Source: Dehalococcoidia bacterium
GTDB taxonomy: Bacteria; Chloroflexota; Dehalococcoidia; Plut-88900
Direction of reading: 5' to 3'
Length of the DNA stretch: 64,000 nucleotides
Assembly (NCBI GenBank): GCA_965197585.1
Contig: OZ240215.1
Location: 1,024,001-1,088,000, forward strand
Shown: in pieces, positions 9,842 through 19,015 of the stretch
How the letters are laid out: each line of letters opens with the position of its first letter
How positions within the stretch are numbered: the first letter of the stretch is position 1
The notes under the pieces: model-generated
What the model was told of the DNA's origin: nothing
Seen by the model: the letters and a program-made list of their open reading frames with translations, nothing else
The model's database searches: none
Translations under genes and position numbers: made by a program

Positions 9842-10756
9842 ATGAGTAAAGGCGGTGAGTTCCGGCGTCTGCTCAAAGAGAATGACTATGTGTACAGCAC
9901 GGGGGTGACCGGCGCGCTGGACGCGTCGATTGCCGAGAGGGTCGGGCTCAAGTTTGTCTATATGAGCGGGTACTCGACCTCCCTCGCCCTTCTAGCGAAG
10001 GCCGACCTCGGGTTTCTTTCTTCCACGGAGATGGTCTCCCATGCGGCACAGATCGCAGATGCGACGACACTGCCGGTGATCGCCGATGCGGATGACGGTT
10101 TCGGAAATGCGTTGACGGTTATGAGGACCGTGGAGAACTACGAAAAGGCCGGGGTGGCGGGAATCCACATCGAGGACCAAGTTGCGCCTAAACGGTGCGG
10201 TCACCTGGCGGGGAAGAGGGTGCTGCCGTTAAACGAGGCTGTCGGCAAGTTCAAGGCGGCGCTGGCCGCGCGCCAAGACTCCGACTTCGTGATCATTGCG
10301 CGGACCGACGCCCGTGACGCAGACGGTGGAACCTTCGAAGAGGCCGTACGCCGAGGCCGTACCTACGCGTCCCTTGGCGCGGACATGGTGTGGTCGGAGT
10401 TCAGGAACCCGGACGCCCTGGGCGAGTTTGAGAGGTTTGCCAGTGAGGTGCAAAGGGAACGACCCGGAATTCCCCTGGTCTTCAACTACTCGTCATCGCT
10501 CAAGTGGGGGAGGAGCAAGAACCGGGTGTCGTTCCAACAATTGGCCGACATGGGGTACAAGGTGATACTGGTGAGCATGGGCTGCGTCCACGCTGCCATG
10601 CACGCAGTATGGGACTTCATGGCCGACCTGAAGGACAACGGTGAAGAAGCCCAGTTCCGCCTCGAAGATACGGTACGCGGCCACCCCACCGAGGACCACC
10701 ACGCAATGGGCAACATCACCCTCTACGAGAAGCTGACACAGGACTACGTTAGATAG
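9842..10756 (+). CDS. Isocitrate lyase/PEP mutase superfamily lyase (methylisocitrate lyase-like)
   Basis: YMSGY, DADDGFG, HIEDQ..PKRCGH and IARTDA motifs. Confidence 0.9.
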   Translation: MSKGGEFRRLLKENDYVYSTGVTGALDASIAERVGLKFVYMSGYSTSLALLAKADLGFLSSTEMVSHAAQIADATTLPVIADADDGFGNALTVMRTVENYEKAGVAGIHIEDQVAPKRCGHLAGKRVLPLNEAVGKFKAALAARQDSDFVIIARTDARDADGGTFEEAVRRGRTYASLGADMVWSEFRNPDALGEFERFASEVQRERPGIPLVFNYSSSLKWGRSKNRVSFQQLADMGYKVILVSMGCVHAAMHAVWDFMADLKDNGEEAQFRLEDTVRGHPTEDHHAMGNITLYEKLTQDYVR

Positions 10757-10759
10757 TCG

Positions 10760-11572
10760 TCAGGCGGGTCTTGGGACGATGATAAAGTCGTCGTGGACTT
10801 CGCGCCGGGGCTCGGAGCCCATGCTCTTGACCCCTTCCCACAGCTCTCGCAGATGCTCAATGCCTAATTCCAGGCGGCGCTCGTTAGGGTGTGTGGGTGC
10901 CGACTGTTCGTAGTCGTCACGCGGCTTCGTAGTCATCTCTATGTGGCAACCCAGGACCCATGACACGGGCCGGGTGTCGGTGAACTCGATCATACGCTGG
11001 AGGCTGGCGCTGTAGGCCGGAAAGTCTCGGACGTATAACCTGCCGGGATAAAGGAAGTCGTTGGTTATGAGGATGGCCGTGGCCCGGTCGTAGGTTGCTA
11101 TGCCGGCAACGTCGTGGCCTGGGATGGGGATCAGGTCAACGACCCGGTTCCCGAGATCCACGGTTGCGGAAGTGACGGGCCAAGGTGTCATGCCGAAGAA
11201 GTCTGCGACCTCCTCAGGCGTGTGCCCGACTATCTTGGTGTTCTCCCGACCGTCGAACAGCCAGTCTCCTGCAATATGGTCGAAATGAGAATGAGTATGG
11301 GCGACAATAAGAGGGAAGTCCGTCCCTACCAGGTCGTCGACGGTCTCGCGCAAAGGAAATTTGCCGGGGGCGCCGGTGTCGAAGAGGATGGAGCGCTCTT
11401 CTCCGGCGAAGAGATATATGAACGGGCCCTCCCAGTGGTCAAGCAGCGACTGACGCATAATCCACGTGCCCTCGGCGTGATGATGGACCTGCAAGGCAGC
11501 CTCGTTGGGGTCAAGGCCGTCGACCCAGTGATTGGGGAAGGGGGCTTCCGGGGACGAATGTTCGGTAGGCAT
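10760..11572 (-). CDS. MBL-fold metallo-hydrolase
   Basis: HTHSHFDH, PGH, ND and GCH motifs; start reassigned to MPTEH. Confidence 0.85.
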   Translation of the reverse strand: MPTEHSSPEAPFPNHWVDGLDPNEAALQVHHHAEGTWIMRQSLLDHWEGPFIYLFAGEERSILFDTGAPGKFPLRETVDDLVGTDFPLIVAHTHSHFDHIAGDWLFDGRENTKIVGHTPEEVADFFGMTPWPVTSATVDLGNRVVDLIPIPGHDVAGIATYDRATAILITNDFLYPGRLYVRDFPAYSASLQRMIEFTDTRPVSWVLGCHIEMTTKPRDDYEQSAPTHPNERRLELGIEHLRELWEGVKSMGSEPRREVHDDFIIVPRPA

Positions 11573-11606
11573 TATCCGGCTCCTTTTTCTACCCAGCGAG
11601 ACTTGG

Positions 11607-12947
11607 CTACGGCCGGAGGGCCTCCAGGGACGCTTCCAGGGCCTCAATGTACAGGTCCAGCTCCTCCCGGCCCATAGGAGTCGACAGACATCCGAAGTCC
11701 CGGTTGATGCAGACTATGCCCCGGTCTAGCATGTGGTCGGCGAAGAAGTCGGAGCCTGGCCAGTCGTGCTGGGAGGCAACGAAGGACCTGTAGTCGGTCA
11801 ACTCTTTATCGGTAAGATGGACCCAGAAGAGGGACCCCTTGCCCGAGACCTGAGCGGGGAACTCTCTGCGATCGATAACCTCCTGAACACGGCTGCGAAG
11901 GTCGTCACCCATGCGTTCCAACCGCTCGAAGACCGGTGGTGTCAGCTGATTCATGGTGGCCAGTCCGGCGGTCATGGTTACCGGGTTGGCGTTGAAGGTG
12001 CCTGCGTGCAGCAGCCATTCTCCCCCGGCTCGGGTGTGGTCGAACACGTCCATCACCTCGTCGGTGCCCCCGATTGCGCCCACCGGAAACCCGCCGCCGA
12101 TTATCTTGGCCAGAGTAACCAGGTCGGGGTTGACGCCGAATTCTGCGCAGCCGCCGCGATAGGAGAGGCGGAAGCTCACCACTTCATCGGCGATGAGCAG
12201 TACGCCGTTGGCCCGAGTCACGTCCCGGAGGGTCTCGATGAAACCGGGTTTGGGCGCGACCAAGCCAAGGGAGGCGGGCAGAGGGTCGAATATCAGGGCG
12301 GCCAGTGCCTCCCTGTTGGCTTCTATCAAGTCGACGCAAGCTTGGACGTCGTTCCAGGGCAGGACTACGACATCATCGGTGGACTGGGGCGTCGAGCCTA
12401 AAGCCCCGATGCTGCGGGGAGAGTGTGGGTCTCCCCAGGACTCCGGGTCGGGGGTGAGGCTTACCTGAGCGTAGTCGTAAGTCCCGTGATAGGCCCCCTC
12501 GAACTTGGCAATCTTCGGCCTGCCTGTGAAGACTCGAGCGGCTTTTATGGCGTTCATCACTGCCTCGGTGCCCGAGTTGCAGAAGCGCACTTTGTCAATG
12601 TAATCGACCCTGTCCACTAGCAGGGAGGCAAGTTCAACCTCAGGTTCCGTCGGCATGGCGAAGGATGTGCCTAGTTCCAGTTGCCGGGCCACGGCCTCCA
12701 TGACCTGTGGATTAGCGTGACCCAGAATAGCCACAGTGGCGTTGTTTATGAAATCTACGCGCTCCTGGCCTTCAACGTCGGTAACCCGGCAGTCTTTACC
12801 GCTGCGAACGTATATGGGGTATGGAGAGAAGGCTATGGAATGGCGGGTGTTGCCGCCTGGCATCACCTGCCGGGCACTATCGTAGAGTCGCTTGGACTGG
12901 GAGGAGGTTGATTTGTAAGCAGTGGTCTGAATGGGTTTACGGGTCAT
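11607..12947 (-). CDS. Class III PLP aminotransferase (glutamate-1-semialdehyde aminomutase-like)
   Basis: FCNSGTEA, FEGAYHG, IADEV, LAKIIGGGFPVGA and HAGTFNANP motifs. Confidence 0.88.
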   Translation of the reverse strand: MTRKPIQTTAYKSTSSQSKRLYDSARQVMPGGNTRHSIAFSPYPIYVRSGKDCRVTDVEGQERVDFINNATVAILGHANPQVMEAVARQLELGTSFAMPTEPEVELASLLVDRVDYIDKVRFCNSGTEAVMNAIKAARVFTGRPKIAKFEGAYHGTYDYAQVSLTPDPESWGDPHSPRSIGALGSTPQSTDDVVVLPWNDVQACVDLIEANREALAALIFDPLPASLGLVAPKPGFIETLRDVTRANGVLLIADEVVSFRLSYRGGCAEFGVNPDLVTLAKIIGGGFPVGAIGGTDEVMDVFDHTRAGGEWLLHAGTFNANPVTMTAGLATMNQLTPPVFERLERMGDDLRSRVQEVIDRREFPAQVSGKGSLFWVHLTDKELTDYRSFVASQHDWPGSDFFADHMLDRGIVCINRDFGCLSTPMGREELDLYIEALEASLEALRP

Positions 12948-13078
12948 GGGGCTATCTTATCGGGGTGAGGGGCGGGGCGCTATAGGGAGTGCCGACTAAA
13001 GTCGGGACAGAGAGGCGGGTTTAGTGATAAAGTCGGGAAGCGAGGCCAGAGATGGGACTGCACGGCTAGGAGCGTTAC

Positions 13079-14263
13079 ATGCGTTTCGACAGTACGCCTT
13101 ACTACCACGTTGGGGAACCCTACTACGCCATAGGTTGGGACGCGCTGATGTCAGAGGTCCGGCAGGAAGCCCAACTGCTGGAAGAGGCGGGTTTCACCAC
13201 CATGTGGTTCGCCGAACACCACTTCGCCTGGGACGGCTACTACAACGCCGCCCCGAACCCCCTCCTGGTGGCCGGAGACCTGATTCCGCGCACGAAGACC
13301 TTGCGCCTCGGGGCCCTGGGCACGGCCCTTCCCGACAGGCACCCGATACACGTGGCGGAAGACGTCGCCATGCTGGACCGGATGAGTCAGGGCCGCATGG
13401 AGTTCGGGATAATGCGGGGCGCAAATAATAGAGCCGGCGTCCAGTTCCACCCGGCCGCCGACCGCCGGAACAAGGAACAGAACTATCGACTATTCGCCGA
13501 ATGCCTGGAGATCATCGTCAAAGCATGGACTCAGGAGGCTTTCACCCACGAGGGAGAGTTTTACAAGTTCCCCGTGCCCGGGTGGCGGGAGTCGGTCAAG
13601 GAGATAACGGACGCCAGTCCTCTCCACTTCGCAGATGACGGGGAGATGGTGGCGTTGGGCCTGCACCCGAAACCCTATCAAAAGCCCCACCCGCCCATAT
13701 GGCAGATGGCGGATGCGATGGACTCCCATATTTTCGCCGGTGAGCGGGGCATCAACGCGATGTGCTACTCACCCCCCGTGGCCTCGATCAAGGAGCGGTG
13801 GCAGGCATATCGGGAGGCGGCCAGGGCGTCGGGGTGTGAGTTGGAGTACGGGGAAAACCTGGCAGTGATGAAGCCGTGCTTCGTGGTGAGAAGCATGGAC
13901 GACGAGGCGCTGTCCGCGGCGCGAATCGGTACCAACTTCCTGTTCGACCGTTCGCCACTGGCCAAGGTCGGTCGGCACATATACATCGGCGAAGGAGAAA
14001 CGTTGACAGCGGACGACAAATCGGACGACTGGTTCGACTTTCTGCGCCGTAATGGACACCTGTGGGTCGGGACGCCTGATTTCGTCGAGGAGAAGCTCGC
14101 TGAGTTGGAGTCGGAGTTGAACTGCAGCCACGTCGGCTTGTTTCTGAACATTCCGGGGCTCAGTTTCCGGCAGGTGATGGACAGCCTGACCCTGTTCGGC
14201 GAGCAGGTGATGCCGAGGTTCGACAGGACGGCCCCGGCCATCGGGGCGCAGGCAGTCGGATAA
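13079..14263 (+). CDS. LLM-class (luciferase-like) flavin-dependent oxidoreductase
   Basis: WFAEHHF, AEDVAMLD and PKPYQKPHPPIW motifs. Confidence 0.92.
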   Translation: MRFDSTPYYHVGEPYYAIGWDALMSEVRQEAQLLEEAGFTTMWFAEHHFAWDGYYNAAPNPLLVAGDLIPRTKTLRLGALGTALPDRHPIHVAEDVAMLDRMSQGRMEFGIMRGANNRAGVQFHPAADRRNKEQNYRLFAECLEIIVKAWTQEAFTHEGEFYKFPVPGWRESVKEITDASPLHFADDGEMVALGLHPKPYQKPHPPIWQMADAMDSHIFAGERGINAMCYSPPVASIKERWQAYREAARASGCELEYGENLAVMKPCFVVRSMDDEALSAARIGTNFLFDRSPLAKVGRHIYIGEGETLTADDKSDDWFDFLRRNGHLWVGTPDFVEEKLAELESELNCSHVGLFLNIPGLSFRQVMDSLTLFGEQVMPRFDRTAPAIGAQAVG

Positions 14264-14295
14264 GCAAATTATTCGTTCACGGAGGACTCAGACTA

Positions 14296-14745
14296 GTGCA
14301 GAGCACATCCCAAACCGTAGAAGACTACCTGGCCGAGCTATCCCCAGAGCGACAACTTGTGTTGAGTGAGGTCCGCAAGGCCATCCTCGAAAACCTGCCC
14401 GATGGCTTCGAGGAGACGATGGATTTTGGGATGATCGGGTATGTAATTCCGCTGGAGACCTACCCCAAGACATATAACGGTCATCCCCTTCAATATGCAG
14501 CGCTAGCATCTCAGAAAAACCATATGTCGCTGTACCTCATGTGCATCTACTCGCACGAAGGGTCGAGGATGTGGTTCATGGACGAGCTTGAGAAGCGGGG
14601 CAAAAAGCTCAGCATCGGGAAGGCGTGCATACGGTTCAAGCGGCTGGAAGACCTTCCCCTTGACCTGGTGGGAGAGGCGATAGCCTACAGCTCGGTGGAG
14701 GGGTATATCGAGATTTACGAGACGGCCCGCAAGGGCCGGAAGTAG
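14296..14745 (+). CDS. DUF1801 (YdhG-like) protein
   Basis: GMIGYVIP..YP, LASQKNHMSLY and GKACIRFK motifs. Confidence 0.85.
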   Translation: MQSTSQTVEDYLAELSPERQLVLSEVRKAILENLPDGFEETMDFGMIGYVIPLETYPKTYNGHPLQYAALASQKNHMSLYLMCIYSHEGSRMWFMDELEKRGKKLSIGKACIRFKRLEDLPLDLVGEAIAYSSVEGYIEIYETARKGRK

Positions 14746-14778
14746 ACGCCCGCGCTCCGCGATTCTGGAGAACTTAAT

Positions 14779-16233
14779 ATGGCAGACATGCTCATAACTG
14801 GCGCCACCGTCATCACCATGGACCCCGAGAGACGGGTTATAGAGGACGGGGCGGTGGCCATCGATGGCGACCGGATTACCGCAGTCGGGAGCCGAGCCGA
14901 GATCGAGGCTGCCCACCCGGCTCCCACGGTCATAGACGCCAGCAGGATGGTCTGCCTGCCAGGTCTGGTCGACGTGCACGGCCATGCGGGCCACGCCCTG
15001 GTCAAGACCATGGACCACGACTCCTTTACCCGCTGGCGGGAAACCGTCGAGCTTATCTACGCCGAGGGTGTCGACGAAGAATTCTGGTACGCCGAGGCCT
15101 CGCTGGCCGCGCTGGAAAGGCTGAAGTTTGGGACCACCACCGGACTCAGCTACTTCGGCGGTGGCCGAATGCTCATACGCACCGACGACCCGGTCTACGC
15201 AGAGCGGCACTGCGAGGCCGTGGCCGCGGTCGGCATCCGAGAGTTTCTGGCCGTGGGCCCGTGCTCTCCCCCCTTCCCGCGACGCTTTGTCCGGTGGGAC
15301 GCCGACGGCAAGAACGAATATCTCGCTGACTTCGATCGTCAAATGGCAACGACTGAGGACATCGTCAACAGGTGGAACGGCGGGGCCGACGGTCGTATAA
15401 GCGTCTGTCTGACCTCGTCGACGATGAACATGTCGCGGCCACCGTACGCGGGCTTGCCTATGAATGAACTGAAGGCCGAGGCACGGGCCGTCCGAGACTT
15501 GGTGGACCGGCTTGGAGTTCTGTTGACTCAGGATGGTCACAGCACCGGAACAATAGCGTTCGCTCATAAGGAGTTGGGAATCCTCGGACCGAACGTGATT
15601 CTATCGCACAGCGTGGGTCTCACCGACGAGGAGATCGCCATCTGCGCCGAAACCGACACAAAAATAGCCCACAACCCCAGCTCTCCAAACTCCTATCCGG
15701 CACGCTGCCCCGTACCCCAGCTTCTCGACGCTGGTGTGACGGTCGCCTTGGGGTCGGATGCGGCCTCACCGGACATGAACTACGACATGTTCCGCCACAT
15801 GTACTCGTGCATGAGGCAGCACCGTGCGCAGTTCGGCGAAGGGGCATACATCCCACCCGGAAAGGCCCTGGAGATGGCGACTATAGACGGGGCACGGGCC
15901 TTGGGGATGGAATCTGAGATCGGGTCGCTGGAGCCGGGCAAGAAGGCAGACCTGATCCTGGTGGACATGGACAAGCCTCACCTTTACCCACTAAACATGC
16001 CCGTCCACAGGATCACCAACTTCGCCGGTGGGCAGGACGTAGACACCGTGATAGTGGACGGCAAGGTACTGATGCAGGGCCGAGTCGTGAGCACGGTGGA
16101 CGAGTCGGAGGTTTTGGCTCGTGCGCAACAGGCAACCGAGACCATGCTTGAACGCACAGGCCTGCAATCAAGCCTGGGGATGGGAGAGGGGTTCTGGGGC
16201 AAGAGTCGTTACCCGGGGGCCTGGGACGAGTAG
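14779..16233 (+). CDS. Amidohydrolase, MTA/SAH deaminase/AtzA-like
   Basis: PGLVDVHGH, HNPSS, LGSD and GSLEPGKKAD motifs. Confidence 0.88.
   Translation: MADMLITGATVITMDPERRVIEDGAVAIDGDRITAVGSRAEIEAAHPAPTVIDASRMVCLPGLVDVHGHAGHALVKTMDHDSFTRWRETVELIYAEGVDEEFWYAEASLAALERLKFGTTTGLSYFGGGRMLIRTDDPVYAERHCEAVAAVGIREFLAVGPCSPPFPRRFVRWDADGKNEYLADFDRQMATTEDIVNRWNGGADGRISVCLTSSTMNMSRPPYAGLPMNELKAEARAVRDLVDRLGVLLTQDGHSTGTIAFAHKELGILGPNVILSHSVGLTDEEIAICAETDTKIAHNPSSPNSYPARCPVPQLLDAGVTVALGSDAASPDMNYDMFRHMYSCMRQHRAQFGEGAYIPPGKALEMATIDGARALGMESEIGSLEPGKKADLILVDMDKPHLYPLNMPVHRITNFAGGQDVDTVIVDGKVLMQGRVVSTVDESEVLARAQQATETMLERTGLQSSLGMGEGFWGKSRYPGAWDE
16159..16233 (+). repeat. 75-bp direct repeat, copy 1 (last 75 nt of the amidohydrolase gene)
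   Basis: ggcctgcaatc...ctgggacgagtag matches 17570-17644 at 71/75 positions. Confidence 0.95.
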
Positions 16234-16241
16234 GGGATAAA

Positions 16242-16688
16242 TTGAGCGTGACACAGGAAGACTTTGACGCCCTTCTCGCCGACGATACAAAGTCGATATT
16301 GGGAGACATTACATGGCGGAATGATGTTGACCATTCGCCAGCACAGGAATTCAGTGCAAAGGTTAAGACGGATGCCGGATATCGGCTATCCATAGAAGGC
16401 TACTATAACCCTCTAGCCGGCAAGCTCTCTTATGCGATAATTGTTCGTGGCGAGGCTCGCTTATATGCCCTTGATCTAGGCGCGGATCATCGTAATCCCG
16501 ACGGGATACGAGTAGGTGAGAAACACAAGCACTACTGGCGAGAAGGCTACCGTGACAAATGGGCATACGTTCCAAGGGATATCACCGAGACCTGGGACAA
16601 ACCGGTAGGCGTGTGGCGTCAGTTCTGCGTTGAGGCAAAGCTGTCGCATTCGGGTAAGATGTTGCAACCTTCAGTGCAGGGGGAATGA
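16242..16688 (+). CDS. DUF6978-like protein
   Basis: LDLGADHRNPDG..VGEKHKH motif; overlaps/abuts a DUF1828-like gene. Confidence 0.65.
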   Translation: MSVTQEDFDALLADDTKSILGDITWRNDVDHSPAQEFSAKVKTDAGYRLSIEGYYNPLAGKLSYAIIVRGEARLYALDLGADHRNPDGIRVGEKHKHYWREGYRDKWAYVPRDITETWDKPVGVWRQFCVEAKLSHSGKMLQPSVQGE

Positions 16689-16692
16689 TGCT

Positions 16693-17538
16693 ATGAATGC
16701 CATTGAACTCTGTTCATCCATCGCTATGACTATGCCGCCCCTATTCGAATGTTCACCGGCCCCACAGGAGGGCATTCGTGTGCGCACCCCCCTAATGTAC
16801 CCTGACGGGGGGATGATAGATGTATTTGTCTTGGAGCGCGACAAAGAATACATCCTTACGGACTTCGGCGAGGCATTGGGTTGGCTCAGAATGCTATCTT
16901 CCAATGCTCGACGAACAGCAAAGCAACAGCTACTGGTAGAAGACATTTGCCAGACTCTAGGTATTGAACTGTCTCGTGGGCAGCTGACGTTGCGATGCAG
17001 AATGCGGGCGCTGCTGGCAGAACACGTCCTCCGTGTTGCTCAAGCGGTTGTGCGGGTTTCCGACCTGTGGTTTACCCTGCCCAATAGGTCCCTGCAGGTC
17101 CCCGCTGAAGTGGCGGCGTTGGCCTCCGGGCCGCAGACTGCCCTGCGCGGTATGTCCCAGCAGGACACCGCCAACGAGGTCGACAAATGGCTGTCCGCAA
17201 GGAATATACATTTTGAACGTGAAGTTACTCGAACCGGTAGGTCGGGACAAAGCTGGAGGGTTGACTTTGAGACCTACACTTATGAACGTACGGCCCTTAT
17301 CTTTCTTTTGAGTGCTGGAAACCGTAGAGCTACACGCAGGATAACTGAGCACACCTTGGCTGGATGCGTAGACTTGACTGACCTACAGAACAACCGGCCT
17401 TCTCTAGTATTAGTCTCCCTATTCGACGATAGAAAAAACATATGGAGCGCACAGGATTTCACCTTGATGGATCGTTTTGCTAAAGTCGCCCGATGGTCGC
17501 AACAGGATGAACTGGAGCGCATCCTCACCACGAGATGA
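16693..17538 (+). CDS. DUF1828 domain protein with C-terminal restriction-endonuclease-like region
   Basis: RTPLMYPDGGMIDVFV...LTDFGE (DUF1828-like); C-terminal GRSGQSWRVDF. Confidence 0.7.
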   Translation: MNAIELCSSIAMTMPPLFECSPAPQEGIRVRTPLMYPDGGMIDVFVLERDKEYILTDFGEALGWLRMLSSNARRTAKQQLLVEDICQTLGIELSRGQLTLRCRMRALLAEHVLRVAQAVVRVSDLWFTLPNRSLQVPAEVAALASGPQTALRGMSQQDTANEVDKWLSARNIHFEREVTRTGRSGQSWRVDFETYTYERTALIFLLSAGNRRATRRITEHTLAGCVDLTDLQNNRPSLVLVSLFDDRKNIWSAQDFTLMDRFAKVARWSQQDELERILTTR

Positions 17539-17569
17539 CCATCCTCACCGAAACCGGTGTCGAGTGGGG

Positions 17570-17644
17570 GGCCTGCAATCGAGCCTGGGGATGGGGGAGG
17601 GGTTCTGGGGCAAGAGTCGGTACCCGGGGGCCTGGGACGGGTAG
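17570..17644 (+). repeat. 75-bp direct repeat, copy 2 (orphan amidohydrolase 3' end)
   Basis: Encodes GLQSSLGMGEGFWGKSRYPGAWDG*; 4 mismatches versus 16159-16233. Confidence 0.95.
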
Positions 17645-17668
17645 TAACCAAGTTGTTTTTATTGCCGC

Positions 17669-17674
17669 TATAAT
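17669..17674 (+). promoter_or_regulatory. Putative sigma70 -10 box for the LLM cluster
   Basis: Perfect TATAAT about 100 nt upstream of the ATG at 17771 in an AT-rich patch; -35 not clear. Confidence 0.45.
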
Positions 17675-17770
17675 GCAAGCCACCCTCGTCGCTTTGCGCT
17701 AGAGGGGCAGGCTTGGCGGCAAGGAAACGGAAAGTGTCCTCGGTTTGCGATTTCACCAGGAGGTGTAGGG

Positions 17771-18952
17771 ATGATAGAAAGATTTAGTATTCTGTATGCA
17801 GGCCACGTCAATGTCGATAATCTCGGATATGCCGGGACCCCGGCCAACGAGCGTTTTCTTTCGGACGAGGACCTCGCCTCGGCCCTCACCATTACCGATG
17901 AATTAGCTCAGACCGCCGACCGGCTCGGGTATCACACCCTGTGGATGGCGGAACACCACTTCCAGCGGGAAGGGTACGAGTGTCTGCCCAACCTCCTGAT
18001 GCAGAGCGTGCACCTGGCGCACATCACCAAGAACCTGAAATTCGGGTGCGCATTCAATGTGCCGCCCATGTGGAATCCACTGCGTCTCGCCGAGGACTAC
18101 GCCCTGGCCGACCACCTGACCGACGGCAGGGTCATCTTCGGGGTGGGGCGCGGGTATCATACCCGGGAGGTGGAGTCCTTCGGCGCGCCCATGCTGGACA
18201 GAGACGCGAACAGGGACTATTTCGAAGAGCAGGTGGAGGTCATTTTCAAGGCCTTTAACAACCGCTCCTTCTCCCACCACGGCAAATACTTCGATATCCC
18301 TCCCAAGGTGCCTTACCGCGGCTACGAATTGGAGGAAATAACCCTGGTCCCCAGGCCCAAACACCTGCCCGTTGAGTGCTGGCAGCCTATAGTGAGCTCC
18401 AACCCGCGAGGCATTGATTTCATGATCAAGCACGGGATCAAGGCCATCTCGGGTGGGGGCGCAGCCCCCGGCGGCGCCTCCCGGAGGGTTGTGGAGCTTT
18501 GGAGAGACTCACTGGTCAAGGCGGGCCGAGACGCGGCGCTTGGAGAAGACTTGATCATCGGCGAAAAATTCCACATAGCCGACAGCAGAGAGAAAGCCAT
18601 TGAAGAGGCTAGGCCCTACTTCGAGGAAAACACGAAGATGTTCGGTCCCTTGGGATTCGTCGGAGGCCTGACCGACGAGCAGAAGAAGGGCTTGGAAAAT
18701 CCGACACAGGAGCTTTGGGCCAGCCTGCCCACCATCGAAGACGACGTCCGGTCGGGGAACTTCCTGTGCGGCACTCCGGAGCAGGTAATCGAACCTCTGA
18801 TGCTGCTTCAGGACCTCTATCCCGGTCTGCGGGAGATCAACATCCAACCCATGATATCAACACCCTCGAAGGTCATCCTCGAGCAGATCGAGTGGTTTGC
18901 CAAAGAAGTGATGCCGGCTTTTCAGGTGAAACAGCCCAGTGCGGCCGGCTGA
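17771..18952 (+). CDS. LLM-class flavin-dependent oxidoreductase
   Basis: WMAEHHFQ, PLRLAED and FAKEVMP motifs. Confidence 0.92.
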   Translation: MIERFSILYAGHVNVDNLGYAGTPANERFLSDEDLASALTITDELAQTADRLGYHTLWMAEHHFQREGYECLPNLLMQSVHLAHITKNLKFGCAFNVPPMWNPLRLAEDYALADHLTDGRVIFGVGRGYHTREVESFGAPMLDRDANRDYFEEQVEVIFKAFNNRSFSHHGKYFDIPPKVPYRGYELEEITLVPRPKHLPVECWQPIVSSNPRGIDFMIKHGIKAISGGGAAPGGASRRVVELWRDSLVKAGRDAALGEDLIIGEKFHIADSREKAIEEARPYFEENTKMFGPLGFVGGLTDEQKKGLENPTQELWASLPTIEDDVRSGNFLCGTPEQVIEPLMLLQDLYPGLREINIQPMISTPSKVILEQIEWFAKEVMPAFQVKQPSAAG

Positions 18953-19015
18953 ATGGACGTAGAGAGCAATGGGCCTAGATTCCATCTCGACTCAGACTCG
19001 TAGGAGCAAGCGAAC

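Noticed and set aside
11607-12947. Calling this gene hemL
   Set aside because: No tetrapyrrole genes nearby and the sequence is divergent; more likely a catabolic class III aminotransferase paralogue
17536-17569. ATCCTCACC micro-duplication and a peptide ILTETGVEW resembling an M24 C-terminal motif at the cassette junction
   Set aside because: Only about 30 nt; cannot be distinguished from chance without a search
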